Assembly (NCBI GenBank): GCA_035547315.1
Contig: DASZVH010000008.1
Coordinates: forward strand, 33,233 to 97,232
Source of the DNA: Minisyncoccota bacterium
Lineage (GTDB): Bacteria; Patescibacteriota; Minisyncoccia; Phycocordibacterales; Phycocordibacteraceae
Length of the DNA stretch: 64,000 nucleotides
Reading direction: 5' to 3'
Shown here one piece after another: positions 10,247-18,962 of the stretch. Numbering within the stretch: the first letter of the stretch is position 1; each line of letters opens with the position of its first letter. Both the position numbers and the translations under genes were made by a program. The notes under the pieces were generated by a model. The model saw only the letters and a program-made list of their open reading frames with translations. It was not told the origin of the DNA and did no database searches.

Positions 10247-11278
10247 ATGTCTATGGAGAAGAATCAATGGGAAATAAGAGAGTTCTTGCTCAAGAACTTG
10301 CCCGACCACCCCCAAGACATCGTCTCCTTGCTTGCAAGTACCTTTGGCTTCACGCGACAACGGGCCCACTTCTATCTGGCCAGGGAAGTCAAGAAAGGGA
10401 CAGTAGTCCGAGTAGGGAAGACCCGAGCGACCCGGTACTTTCTTGTCGGCAGCAAGAAGCTCCAAGTCACCCTTCCTTTAAAGAGTGTGACTGAAGACAG
10501 GGTCTGGGGTACGTATATAAGACCCATGCTCAATGACTATCCAGAGAATGTCCAAAGGGTTGCAAATTATGGATTCACGGAAATGCTCAATAACGCGATC
10601 GATCACTCGGAGGGCACCGAGGTCTGGATCGACGTGGAGATAACAGACAAGGCGCTCGCGTTCGTCATCATGGATAACGGCGTCGGCATCTTCCAGAAAA
10701 TCAAAGATGCCTTGAAGCTGGAGTCTGAAAGGGAGGCCATACTGCATCTCTCTAAAGGGAAGTTCACCACGGACCCTTCGCGGCATACAGGAGAAGGCAT
10801 ATTCTTCACGTCGAGAATGGTCGATGCCTTCTCGATCTTGTCCGACGACCTGTTCTACGTATTCCAGGGGTGGGAGTGGTTCTCCTCTCCGGAAAAGCCC
10901 GAGCCGTTCGGTCGCGGCACCTCAATCCGTATGGTTATCAACCTAGATACCAAGCGTACGCCCAAAGAGGTGCTCGATAAATATTCCAATGCCGAGATAG
11001 GATTCCATAAGACTATAGTGTCGGTAGGCCTGAGTTCAGACCCTAGTGATCCGCATGTATCCCGGTCTCAGGCCAAACGGCTGATGGCCGGGACCGAGAA
11101 ATTCCGTACGGTTATTCTCGACTTCCGTGGTGTGAAAGAGGTCGGGCAGGCGTTCGTGGACGAGATATTCAGGGTGTTCCAGAACGAGCATCCGTCTATC
11201 CGCATCGCCTATGCGAACGCAAACCCGGACGTGGAAGCGATGATTAAGAGAGGCCTTGCGGAGAGTCAGGCCTCATAA
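10247..11278 (+). CDS. fused wHTH / GHKL-type ATPase (HATPase_c) / STAS-like domain protein
   Basis: N-terminal HTH-like segment, then GHKL N-box (EMLNNAIDHS) and G1 box (IMDNGVGIF). C-terminal ~90 aa resembles anti-sigma-antagonist/STAS-like folds (ILDFRGVKEVGQAFVDEIFRVF). The gene is ~48-50% GC against ~68% background and has an AGAGGG SD-like motif. Confidence 0.6.
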   Translation: MSMEKNQWEIREFLLKNLPDHPQDIVSLLASTFGFTRQRAHFYLAREVKKGTVVRVGKTRATRYFLVGSKKLQVTLPLKSVTEDRVWGTYIRPMLNDYPENVQRVANYGFTEMLNNAIDHSEGTEVWIDVEITDKALAFVIMDNGVGIFQKIKDALKLESEREAILHLSKGKFTTDPSRHTGEGIFFTSRMVDAFSILSDDLFYVFQGWEWFSSPEKPEPFGRGTSIRMVINLDTKRTPKEVLDKYSNAEIGFHKTIVSVGLSSDPSDPHVSRSQAKRLMAGTEKFRTVILDFRGVKEVGQAFVDEIFRVFQNEHPSIRIAYANANPDVEAMIKRGLAESQAS

Positions 11279-11314
11279 GGCTCGGTCAGGACGATTTTTG
11301 GTATACTAGGACAC

Positions 11315-12001
11315 ATGTCAAACAGCACCAAGTATTGGGTAATCGGAGTAGTGGTCATCGTCGCGCTCGGAGGGATCGCCTGGCTCATCACGGGCGCGAG
11401 CTCGAGCGCCTTCGCCGTCGATCCCGCCGACCGCCTCGCGAACTGGACCATCCCCGTCAATATCGACGCGAGCTCGACCGCGCTCTTCGAAGCGGATATC
11501 GCGAGCTTGAAGAGCGAGATCGGCACCACCACCTACTCGGCCGCCGATCTCTACACCGGCATCGGCAACGACTACCTCACGCTCGGGCAGGGCAGGGAGG
11601 CATACGAGTATTACGGCAAAGCGCTCGCGGCTTCCTCCACCGACCCTGTCATCTACGACAACCTCGGCGCCCTCTTCGAGCGGCTCTATGCGACCTCGAC
11701 CGCGCTCAAGGCCTATGCCAAGGCCGTCGCGCTCGCGCCCGCCACCGAGCTCTATCAGCTCGCCTATCTCCAGTATCTGGCGCAGGCCGAGCCGGAGGCG
11801 AGCTCGACCGCGGCCGCCTTCGCCGCGGCGGGGGAGGCGCTCGGCACGACCACGCCCGACTACCTGGTGGTACGCGCCGCCTGGGAGGGCGTGCTCGGCG
11901 ATACGGCCGCCGCGGTCGCCGATTGGCAGGCCGTGCGCGCGCAGGTCGCGCCCGCGCAGCAGGCCGCAATCGACGCCCAGATCGCGCGTCTGCGCCAATG
12001 A
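11315..12001 (+). CDS. TPR-like repeat protein with N-terminal membrane anchor
   Basis: N-terminal TM (YWVIGVVVIVALGGIAWLI). Ala/Tyr-rich helical repeats (EAYEYYGKALAA..., LKAYAKAVALAP...). Confidence 0.5.
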   Translation: MSNSTKYWVIGVVVIVALGGIAWLITGASSSAFAVDPADRLANWTIPVNIDASSTALFEADIASLKSEIGTTTYSAADLYTGIGNDYLTLGQGREAYEYYGKALAASSTDPVIYDNLGALFERLYATSTALKAYAKAVALAPATELYQLAYLQYLAQAEPEASSTAAAFAAAGEALGTTTPDYLVVRAAWEGVLGDTAAAVADWQAVRAQVAPAQQAAIDAQIARLRQ

Positions 12002-12126
12002 TCGCCTCCGAAAAGCGCCGCGCGCTCTCGTATGCCGTCGAGTTCGTGCGTTTTGCCGCCGGGTTCGCGCTCATCCTCGCGCTCGCGCTCATAGCGCTCC
12101 ACTTCGCCACCGCCGCAAGCGCCTAG
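11998..12126 (+). CDS. small hydrophobic peptide (42 aa), translationally coupled via ATGA overlap
   Basis: ATGA overlap with the TPR gene stop. One predicted TM helix. Followed by a terminator. Confidence 0.25.
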   Translation: MIASEKRRALSYAVEFVRFAAGFALILALALIALHFATAASA

Positions 12127-12132
12127 GGTATA

Positions 12133-12169
12133 AAAAGCGCCGCCGCGGCCCTTGGCCGCGGCGGTTTCG
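12133..12169. terminator. bidirectional rho-independent terminator
   Basis: GCCGCCGCGGCC-CTTG-GGCCGCGGCGG flanked by an A-run and TTTCGTT. Sits between convergent genes. Confidence 0.7.
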
Positions 12170-12499
12170 TTAATGCGTGATGCCGACGAGGTATCCCTCC
12201 TTGTCGAACATCATGCATGAGAGATCGAGGCGGGTCGCCTCGTCGCCGGAGAAGCGGAACTCGCCGCCCTCCTCCTGCCGGATCACTCCCGCGAGCTTCT
12301 CGAGGATATCTCGCGTCGGGGCGGGGCGGACGTTCGGGAAGCTGCCGCGCTTGTTCTTCGCGATGGCGACGAGCCCGCTGCCGACCGCGAGCCGCAGGTG
12401 CTGATCCTCGATGGCGTTGACCGCGGCGATGGCGAGCGCCGCCTTAGAGAATTGCCTGCGCGGCGGGGGCGCCGCCGCAATGGCCGATTCCGAATCCAT
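12170..12499 (-). CDS. hypothetical protein
   Basis: ORF with plausible start MDSESAIAAAPPP. No confident family assignment. Confidence 0.35.
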   Translation of the reverse strand: MDSESAIAAAPPPRRQFSKAALAIAAVNAIEDQHLRLAVGSGLVAIAKNKRGSFPNVRPAPTRDILEKLAGVIRQEEGGEFRFSGDEATRLDLSCMMFDKEGYLVGITH

Positions 12500-12546
12500 A
12501 GTAAAGAACTCCTCTTGAGTGCGAGCGCACCCTACCACGACTTGCC

Positions 12547-12575
12547 TTGCGCGCCAAACGCCGCGCTGCTATAGT
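12547..12575 (+). promoter_or_regulatory. candidate sigma70-like promoter for rplJ-rplL (TTGCGC-N17-TATAGT) followed by ~130-nt leader
   Basis: Hexamer spacing of 17 bp. The structured leader upstream of rplJ is the usual site of L10(L12)4 autoregulation. Confidence 0.4.
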
Positions 12576-12703
12576 CGCGGGGTACGAACCGAAGACCGTG
12601 GGTAGCAGATTCCGAGCGTACTCGCGAGGGGTCGGCGGTAAAGCCTGCGCAGGGAGACCGATAGGTCGAACTCTCCTTCACGTTCGTTCGTACGGAACAC
12701 AAC

Positions 12704-13198
12704 ATGGCAATAAGCAAAGAGAAGAAGAACGCGATCAGCGAGAAGCTGGCGAGCGTCCTCGCGGGCGCGGCGTCGGTCGTCTTCGTCCGCTTCCACAAGC
12801 TCTCGGTGGCCGACACCGCGGCGGTGCGCAAGCAGCTGAAACAGGAGGGCGTCGGCTACTACGTCGCCAAGAAGACGCTGATCAAGCGCGCGCTCGCGCA
12901 GAAGGGCTTCGCGGGGGAGCTCCCGCCGCTGGAGGGCGAGATCGCGCTCGCCTGGAGCGAGGAAGACCCGACCGCGCCGGCCCGGCTCATCTGGGCCGCA
13001 GGGAAGAAGTATAAGGACGCGCTCGCGATCGCGGGCGGCGTCTTCGAGGAGGCATTCGCGGATGCCGCGAAGATGCTCTCGATCGCGACGATCCCGCCGC
13101 TGCCCGCCCTGCGCGGCATGTTCGCCAACGTTATCAACTCGCCTCGGAGCCGGCTCGCTATCGCGCTTGCGGAGGTCGCCAAAACTAAAACTAGCTAA
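12704..13198 (+). CDS. rplJ: 50S ribosomal protein L10
   Basis: 164 aa, L10 family ([53 protein letters not shown]). Confidence 0.9.
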   Translation: MAISKEKKNAISEKLASVLAGAASVVFVRFHKLSVADTAAVRKQLKQEGVGYYVAKKTLIKRALAQKGFAGELPPLEGEIALAWSEEDPTAPARLIWAAGKKYKDALAIAGGVFEEAFADAAKMLSIATIPPLPALRGMFANVINSPRSRLAIALAEVAKTKTS

Positions 13199-13200
13199 TC

Positions 13201-13563
13201 ATGAATCAGGATCAGATCATCGACGCCGTCGAGAAGATGACCGTGCTCGAGCTCAACACGCTCGTGAAGGCCATCGAGGAGAAGTGGGGCGTCTCCGCGA
13301 CCGCGGTCGCGGCGGCGGGCCCGGCCGCGGCCGGCCCGGCCGAGGAGGGCAAGAGCACCGCGGACGTGGAGCTCACGGACGCGGGCGCGCAGAAGATCGC
13401 CGTCATCAAGGTGGTCAAGGAGGCGCTCGCGCTCGGCCTCAAGGAGGCCAAGGATCTCGTCGACGGCGCTCCGGCCATGCTCAAGCAGGGCATGAAGAAG
13501 GAGGACGCCGAGGAGCTCAAGGGCAAGCTCGAGGCGGCGGGCGCGAAGGTTACGCTGAAGTAA
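13201..13563 (+). CDS. rplL: 50S ribosomal protein L7/L12
   Basis: 120 aa. N-terminal dimerisation helix, Ala/Pro hinge, C-terminal domain ([27 protein letters not shown]...[21 protein letters not shown]). Confidence 0.95.
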   Translation: MNQDQIIDAVEKMTVLELNTLVKAIEEKWGVSATAVAAAGPAAAGPAEEGKSTADVELTDAGAQKIAVIKVVKEALALGLKEAKDLVDGAPAMLKQGMKKEDAEELKGKLEAAGAKVTLK

Positions 13564-13591
13564 CTTCTGAGCCGACGCCGCGCAGGCGGCC

Positions 13592-13625
13592 AAAAACGCG
13601 CGGGGGCGCTCCCCGCGCGTTTTTG
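13592..13625 (+). terminator. rho-independent terminator after rplL
   Basis: AAAAACGCGCGGGGGCGCTCCCCGCGCGTTTTTGC. Confidence 0.8.
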
Positions 13626-13651
13626 CATTTTGGCCGGCGCGCGCGTACACT

Positions 13652-14230
13652 TTGCCGGACATGGACGCTCTCGGGAAGCTTTTCGGTTCTCCGGCGCGGC
13701 TCAAACTCTTGCGCGCGTTCATCTTCAGCCCCGGCGCGGCGCTCTCGGCCGAGAGCCTCGCCGCGCGGCTTGCGCTCCCGGGCGAGAAGCTGCGCGCCGA
13801 GCTCGCCGCGCTCGCCGGCATCGGCCTCGTGCGCAAGAGCGGCGCCGGCGCCAAGGCGCGCTACGCGCTCGACCGGCGCTATCCGCACCTCGCCGCGCTC
13901 GACCGCTTCATCCGGGAGACCACGGCCGCCGAGCCCGCCGACCTCAAGCGCGCGCTCCGGCAGGCCGGGAGCCCCGAGGTGGTGGTGCTTTCCGGCTTTT
14001 TCACCGGCCTCAGCGAGTCTTCGGTCGACCTCCTCGTGGTGGGGGACGCGCTTAAGGAGCGCGCGCTCGCCAGGGCCGTCCGCGGCATCGAGGCCGAGCT
14101 CGGGCGGGAGATACGCTACGCGGTGCTCTCGGGGAGCGATTTCCGCTACCGGCACGGGGTCTATGACCGCCTTTTGCGCGATATTTTCGACTATCCACAC
14201 CGGGTCATCGTGGACCGCATCGGGCTCTAG
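13652..14230 (+). CDS. wHTH + minimal nucleotidyltransferase-like domain protein
   Basis: N-terminal wHTH (PARLKLLRAFIFSP...LAALAGIGLVRKSG). C-terminal segment LSGFFTGLSESSVDLLVVGD resembles the GSxxxG...SDxDhhh nucleotidyltransferase motif. rpoB/rpoC, which normally follow rplL, are absent. Confidence 0.4.
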   Translation: MPDMDALGKLFGSPARLKLLRAFIFSPGAALSAESLAARLALPGEKLRAELAALAGIGLVRKSGAGAKARYALDRRYPHLAALDRFIRETTAAEPADLKRALRQAGSPEVVVLSGFFTGLSESSVDLLVVGDALKERALARAVRGIEAELGREIRYAVLSGSDFRYRHGVYDRLLRDIFDYPHRVIVDRIGL

Positions 14231-14301
14231 GGCGTGCTAGGCTTTAAAGGTGGCGCTCGCGCCAATCGCGAGATTAATCGATAAACTATCACGCAGTTGC
14301 T

Positions 14302-14985
14302 ATGGTTTTCACCACCTGGGCGGATACGCTCAATGCCTCGTTCCAGAACCTCTTCTACGGGGTCGTGGCCTTTATCCCGAACTTGGTCGTCGCGGTCGTC
14401 ATCTTCGTCATCGGCTGGCTCATAGGGCTCGGGCTCGGCCGGGTGGTCGAACAGATTATCGACGCGCTCAAGATCGACCAGGCGCTCAAGGCGGCCGGCG
14501 TTGACCGCGTCGTCAGCCGCGCGGGCTTTACGCTCTCGTCGGGTAAGTTCCTCGGCTTCCTCGTCAAGTGGTTCTTCATCATCGTCTTCCTCGTCGCGGC
14601 CTTGGGAGTGCTCCACCTCGACCAGGTGAATCTCTTCATCAGCGACGTCGTCCTCGGCTACCTCCCGCAGGTGATCGTGGCGGTGCTGATCCTCTTGGTC
14701 GCGGCCGTCGTCGCGAACGCGGCGGAGCGCGTGGTCGCGGGCGCGGCGCGCGCGGCGGAGATCCGCGCGGCGGGCTTCATCGGCCAGGTCGCCAAGTGGG
14801 CGATCTGGATCTTCGCGATCCTCGCGGCGCTCTCCGAGCTCGAGGTCGCGACTGCCTTCGTCCAGACCCTCTTCACCGGCATCGTCATCGCGATCGCTCT
14901 GGCGCTCGGCCTCTCTTTCGGCCTTGGCGGCCAGGCCTCCGCGGCTCGCTACCTGGAGCATCTCCGGGGCGAGATCAAGGAATAA
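14302..14985 (+). CDS. membrane protein with duplicated 'conserved TM helix' motif (MscS N-terminal-like)
   Basis: Two internal repeats of the pattern ...VVAVVIFVIGWLIGLGLGRVVEQII / ...VIVAVLILLVAAVVANAAERVVAGA. 5-6 predicted TM helices. Confidence 0.45.
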   Translation: MVFTTWADTLNASFQNLFYGVVAFIPNLVVAVVIFVIGWLIGLGLGRVVEQIIDALKIDQALKAAGVDRVVSRAGFTLSSGKFLGFLVKWFFIIVFLVAALGVLHLDQVNLFISDVVLGYLPQVIVAVLILLVAAVVANAAERVVAGAARAAEIRAAGFIGQVAKWAIWIFAILAALSELEVATAFVQTLFTGIVIAIALALGLSFGLGGQASAARYLEHLRGEIKE

Positions 14986-15025
14986 GCCTGCCTACCGGTA
15001 GGCAGGCGCTCGCTTCTCCTTACGC

Positions 15026-15053
15026 AAAACGGCCCCGGAAGGGGCGTTTTGCT
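15026..15053 (+). terminator. rho-independent terminator (second of two hairpins after 14985)
   Basis: AAAACGGCCCCGGAAGGGGCGTTTTGC, preceded by another hairpin GCCTGCCTACCGGTAGGCAGGC (14986-15007). Confidence 0.65.
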
Positions 15054-15093
15054 ATCCCCAACATACCCCAAATGGCGGGCTCCGGGCCGCTGG

Positions 15094-15122
15094 TTGACAG
15101 CCATTTGGGGCTCGCGTATACT
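15094..15122 (+). promoter_or_regulatory. sigma70-type promoter for the 23S-5S rRNA unit (TTGACA-N17-TATACT)
   Basis: Near-consensus -35 and -10 with 17-bp spacer, ~220 nt upstream of the 23S 5' end. Confidence 0.7.
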
Positions 15123-15139
15123 CGCCTCTACGTGTCTAC

Positions 15140-15154
15140 GAATACGAAATCCAC
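15140..15154 (+). promoter_or_regulatory. rRNA leader motif GAATACGAAATCCAC (copy 1), followed by hairpin GGGCCGGTAGGCCC at 15173-15186
   Basis: Identical 15-mer recurs in the 16S leader at 27766-27780, there followed by hairpin CCCCGCAGGCCGTAGGCCTGCGGGG. Confidence 0.5.
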
Positions 15155-15206
15155 TCACATTCCTAGGCGAAAGGGCCGGTAGGCCCACGCGCGCGTAAAA
15201 AGCGCT

Positions 15207-15239
15207 CGAAACCGCCCGGGAAGGGCGGTTTTCGTTTCG
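15207..15239 (+). promoter_or_regulatory. terminator-like hairpin inside the 23S leader (CGAAACCGCCCGGGAAGGGCGGTTTTCGTTTCG)
   Basis: Nearly the same arm sequence as the terminator at 10147-10184. Located between the promoter and the mature 23S 5' end, so could be an attenuator or a processing stem. Confidence 0.4.
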
Positions 15240-15344
15240 AGAGGAGGCACGGAGCTCTTCGACATACGAATACGCAAAGGTAATGAAGAAACTCGCGCTA
15301 TCGAGCCGATAGCGCGGGCGAATCAAGTGCAAGCATAACGATTG

Positions 15345-18300
15345 TGGTATTCAGATCTCCGCACAGGAGAAATGAAGAGTACACGGTGGATGCCTTGGCT
15401 TAGGATGGCGATGAAGGACGCGACTGATCTCGCGATAAGCTCCGGGGAAGCGATACGTGGCTAACGATCCGGAGATCTCCGAATGAGGAAACTCACCCTG
15501 ACGCAAGGAAGGGTACGCGCGAGGTAACGCTCGCGCGAGCGAACCCAGGGAAGTGAAACATCTCAGTACCTGGAGGAAAAGTGAATAATAATTATTCCCC
15601 GAGTAGCGGCGAGCGAAACGGGAAGAGCCCAAACCTCGGTCTTCGGACCGGGGGGTTGTAAGGCGGAGCGGGCGCAAGCCAGAGAGTTATCAATCAGGTC
15701 TATAGCCGAAGCTGCTGGGAAGCAGCGCCCCAGAGGGTAATGGCCCCGTAGGCGAAATGGATCCTGACTCTCGCTCCGTTCTTGAGTAGCGCCAGACACG
15801 AATAGCTGGCGCGAAGCTGCCGGAACTAACCGGCAAGGCAAAATACATCCTACGACCGATAGCGAACTAGTACCGTGAGGGAAAGGTGAAAAGCACCCCG
15901 AGAGGGGAGTGAAATAGAACTGAAACCGTGTACTTACAAAGGGTGGGAGCGGGCCTCCGCAAGGAGTGCGCCGTGACCGCGTGCCTATTGAAGAATGAGC
16001 CGGCGAGTGGATGCAGATTGCATAGCTAAGGCCTTACGGGCCGGAGCTTAAGGGAAACCGAGCGTTAAGAGCGCGTTGGTAGTCTGCATACGACCCGAAG
16101 CCAGATGAGCTTGCCATGCGCAGGCTGAAGTGCGGCGAAAGCCGCATGGAGGGCCGAACCCATAAGTTGTACAACGCTTTGGGATGACGTGTGGCAAGGA
16201 GTGAAAAGCTAATCGAATCTGGGAATAGCTGGTTCTCTCCGAAACAGCTTTTGGGCTGGCGTCGCGATAACGTGCAGCTGGAGGTAGAGCACTGGAAGGG
16301 ACCAACAGGGAGAAATCTCGTGGTTCCTATCAAACTCCGAATGCCAGCTGCCCCGCGCGGCAGTTAGACGGTGGGGGCGAAGCTCCACGCGTCGAGAGGG
16401 GAAGAGCCCGGATCGCAAGTTAAGGCCCCAAAATCTACGCTCAGTACATCACAAGGAAGTGCGGATTCATTGACAGCGAGGATGTTGGCTTAGAAGCAGC
16501 CACCATTCAAAGAAAGCGTAACAGCTCACTCGTCGAGAGTCCGTGCGCCGAAGATGATCGGGGTTAAGCGTAGTGCCGAAACTGCGGGCTTGAGCATGTA
16601 TGTATATATGCCAAGCGGTAGGAGAGCGTTCGCATCCGCGATGAAGGTCAAGGGGTAACCCAGGCTGGAGCGTTGCGAAGTGAGAATGCCGGTACAAGTA
16701 ACCACAATGCAGGTGAGATCCCTGCACATCGAAAGACCGAGGTTTCCAGAGCCATGGTAATCATCTCTGGGTTAGTCGGGCCTAAGGGGATGGCGAAAGC
16801 CGCACCCGATGGACACACGGTTAATATTCCGTGACCGGCTTGGTGGGCGACGGAGTGACGGACTGCTGTAGACGCTGCCGCTTATTGGATTGCGGCTGGA
16901 GCTATGAGGGCGCGCTGTAGGTAAATCCGCAGCGCATCAAGCCCGAGTAGAAACGCGATTCTCTCTACGGGGAGGAAAGAGCGTCGAGCGCGGTCTCGAG
17001 AAAACCTTCTACGCTTAACCATCAAGCTGACCGTACCGCAAACCGACACAGGTGGTCTGGGCGAGTAGCCCTAGATGAACGAGTGAGATGTCCTCAAGGA
17101 ACTCGGCAAAAAAGCGGCCGTAAGTTAGCGATAAGGCCTGCCCCTCGCAAGAGGGGCCGCAGTGAAAGTTTCCCTGGCAACTGTTTACCAAAAACACAGC
17201 TCCCTGCGAACTCGTAAGAGGAGGTATAGGGGGTGACACCTGACCAATGCCGGAAGGTCAACCGAGGCGGGTACTGGATAGCAATATCGAGTGCTGAGCT
17301 TCGTAAGCCCCGGTGAATGTCGGCGATAACTATAATCGTCCTAAGGTAGCGCAATTCCTTGTCGGGTAAATTCCGACGTGCACGAATGGTGTAATGACTG
17401 GGGAACTGTCTCGAGGACTCGCTCGGTGAAAATGCACTTCCGGTGAAGATGCCGGATACCTGTAGTTAGACGAAAAGACCCCAGGAGCTTTACTACAGCT
17501 TCGTATTGGCCCTGCGGAATTCATGCGTAGCATAGTGGTGAGAGGTTGAAGCATCGGTTTCGGCTGGTGTGGACTCGTCAGTGAAATAGCCATCTTGAAT
17601 TCTGCAGTGTCTAACCTAGCCGGACAAAACCGGCTGGGGACCGTGCGTGGCGGGTAGTTTTGGTGGGGCGCTATCCTCCCAAAATGTAACGGAGGAGTTT
17701 ATCAAGGTCGGCTAGGCGCGAATGGAAACCGTGCCGATAGTGTAATGGCAGAAGCCGGCTTAACTGAAAGGGGGACATCCCGATCAGATGCGAAAGCAGA
17801 ACATAGTGATCCGATGGTTCGCCTTAGATGCGGCCAGAGCTCAACGGATAAAAGTTACCCTGGGGATAACAGGCTAGTTCCGCCCAAGCGTCCATAGCGA
17901 CGGCGGAGTTCGGCACCTCGATGTCGGCTCACCTTAGCGCGGGGCTGGAGAAGGTCCCAAGCGTTTGGCTGTTCGCCAATTAAAAAGGTACGCGAGCTGG
18001 GTTCAAACCGTTCAGCATCTCATATCGAGGTTAAACCTCGATAATGGGGGATTGAACGGTTTGAACCCACGAGGAATCTGTTAGCCGCGTGGAGACGCGG
18101 TGTGCGAAAACGACAATTCACGGCGGCGCGGTGCAGGAATGCATCGCGAAGCAAATCAACTGATATCGGTGGAATCCGTAATGCAACGGACAACACCGAG
18201 GGAAGTTTGTGAGTTTCAAAGGGAAGAGGTGAGATAATCCTCGAAATCAGTAGTTGCGTAACAGCATGCCGCAGCGAAAAAGCGAGGACGACTTCGGTCG

Positions 18301-18755
18301 TTCAACCCCTCTTCCTGCTGAATCCAAACGGATTCGGCTTCCCTTTGAAACTCACAAGCACCCGTAGAGACTGAATGTTGATCACCGAGAACCGGTGAAG
18401 TTACAGTCCGATCCTCCGGGCAATCGGAGCAAACAAGATGCGTGAGACAGGTTGGTCTCCTATCTACTACAGGCGTTGATTCTTGAGAGGGCTCGTCCCT
18501 AGTACGAGAGGACCGGGATGAACTGACCTCTGGTCTGTGGGCTGTCGCGCCAGCGGCACCGCCCAGTAGCTATGTCGGGTTTAGATAACCGCTGAAAGCA
18601 TATAAGCGGGAAGCTAGCCTCAAGATAAGGAATCGTTATGAGACTCGTGGGAGATGACCACGTCGATAGGCTCTAGGTGGAAGCGCCGTGAGGCGTTGAG
18701 CCGAGGAGTACTAATATGTCCATCTCCTGTGCGGAACTCTGAAGGGCACAATCGC
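15345..18755 (+). rRNA. rrl: 23S ribosomal RNA (contains a ~430-nt insertion at 18012-18440)
   Basis: 5' GGTGGATGCCTTGGC and many universally conserved 23S blocks. 5'/3' helix-1 pairing between ~15352-15370 and ~18735-18755. Ends are approximate (+/-20 nt). Confidence 0.9.
18012..18440 (+). mobile_element. ORF-less group I intron-like insertion at LSU position 2593 (I-CreI homing site)
   Basis: Exon sequence GGGTTCAAACCGT | insertion | CGTGAGACAGGTTGG matches the conserved GGGTTTAGAACGT^CGTGAGACAGTTCGG junction. The insertion ends in G and the 5' exon ends in T. An internal guide-like sequence ACGGTTTGAAC (~18053-18063) is the exact complement of the 5' exon end GTTCAAACCGT. There is an internal 20-bp perfect inverted repeat (18207-18226 / 18338-18357). 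Confidence 0.6.
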
Positions 18756-18818
18756 GCTTGCAATTACTTTTGCGTATATCGTTGTCATCTTGGAGCGAAT
18801 CAAACGCGCCCAGGATGC

Positions 18819-18937
18819 TGGTGATTTATCGGAGGGGTCATACCCGATCCCATTCCGAACTCGGCAGTCAAGCCCTCTTGAGCCGATGGTACTGGCCTTA
18901 ACCGGCCGGGAGAGTAGGTAGTCGCCAGCATCCTGGG
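18819..18937 (+). rRNA. rrf: 5S ribosomal RNA
   Basis: 119 nt. Terminal helix CCCAGGATGCTGG...CCAGCATCCTGGG and conserved internal motifs (CCGAACTCGGCAGTCAAG...GGGAGAGTAGG). Confidence 0.9.
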
Positions 18938-18962
18938 CGTGTTTGTTTTATACTGAGGGGCA

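Noticed and set aside
12170-12499. Possible translation initiation factor SUI1/YciH assignment for the 109-aa minus-strand protein
   Set aside because: Only weak resemblance (a KNKRG segment). Motif order does not align convincingly with YciH, so it is left as hypothetical.
18197-18357. 20-bp perfect inverted repeat within the 23S insertion, considered as terminal inverted repeats of a MITE or IS
   Set aside because: No target-site duplication and no transposase. It sits inside the intron-like insertion and is more simply a long peripheral helix, though a nested element cannot be excluded (noted under the intron finding).
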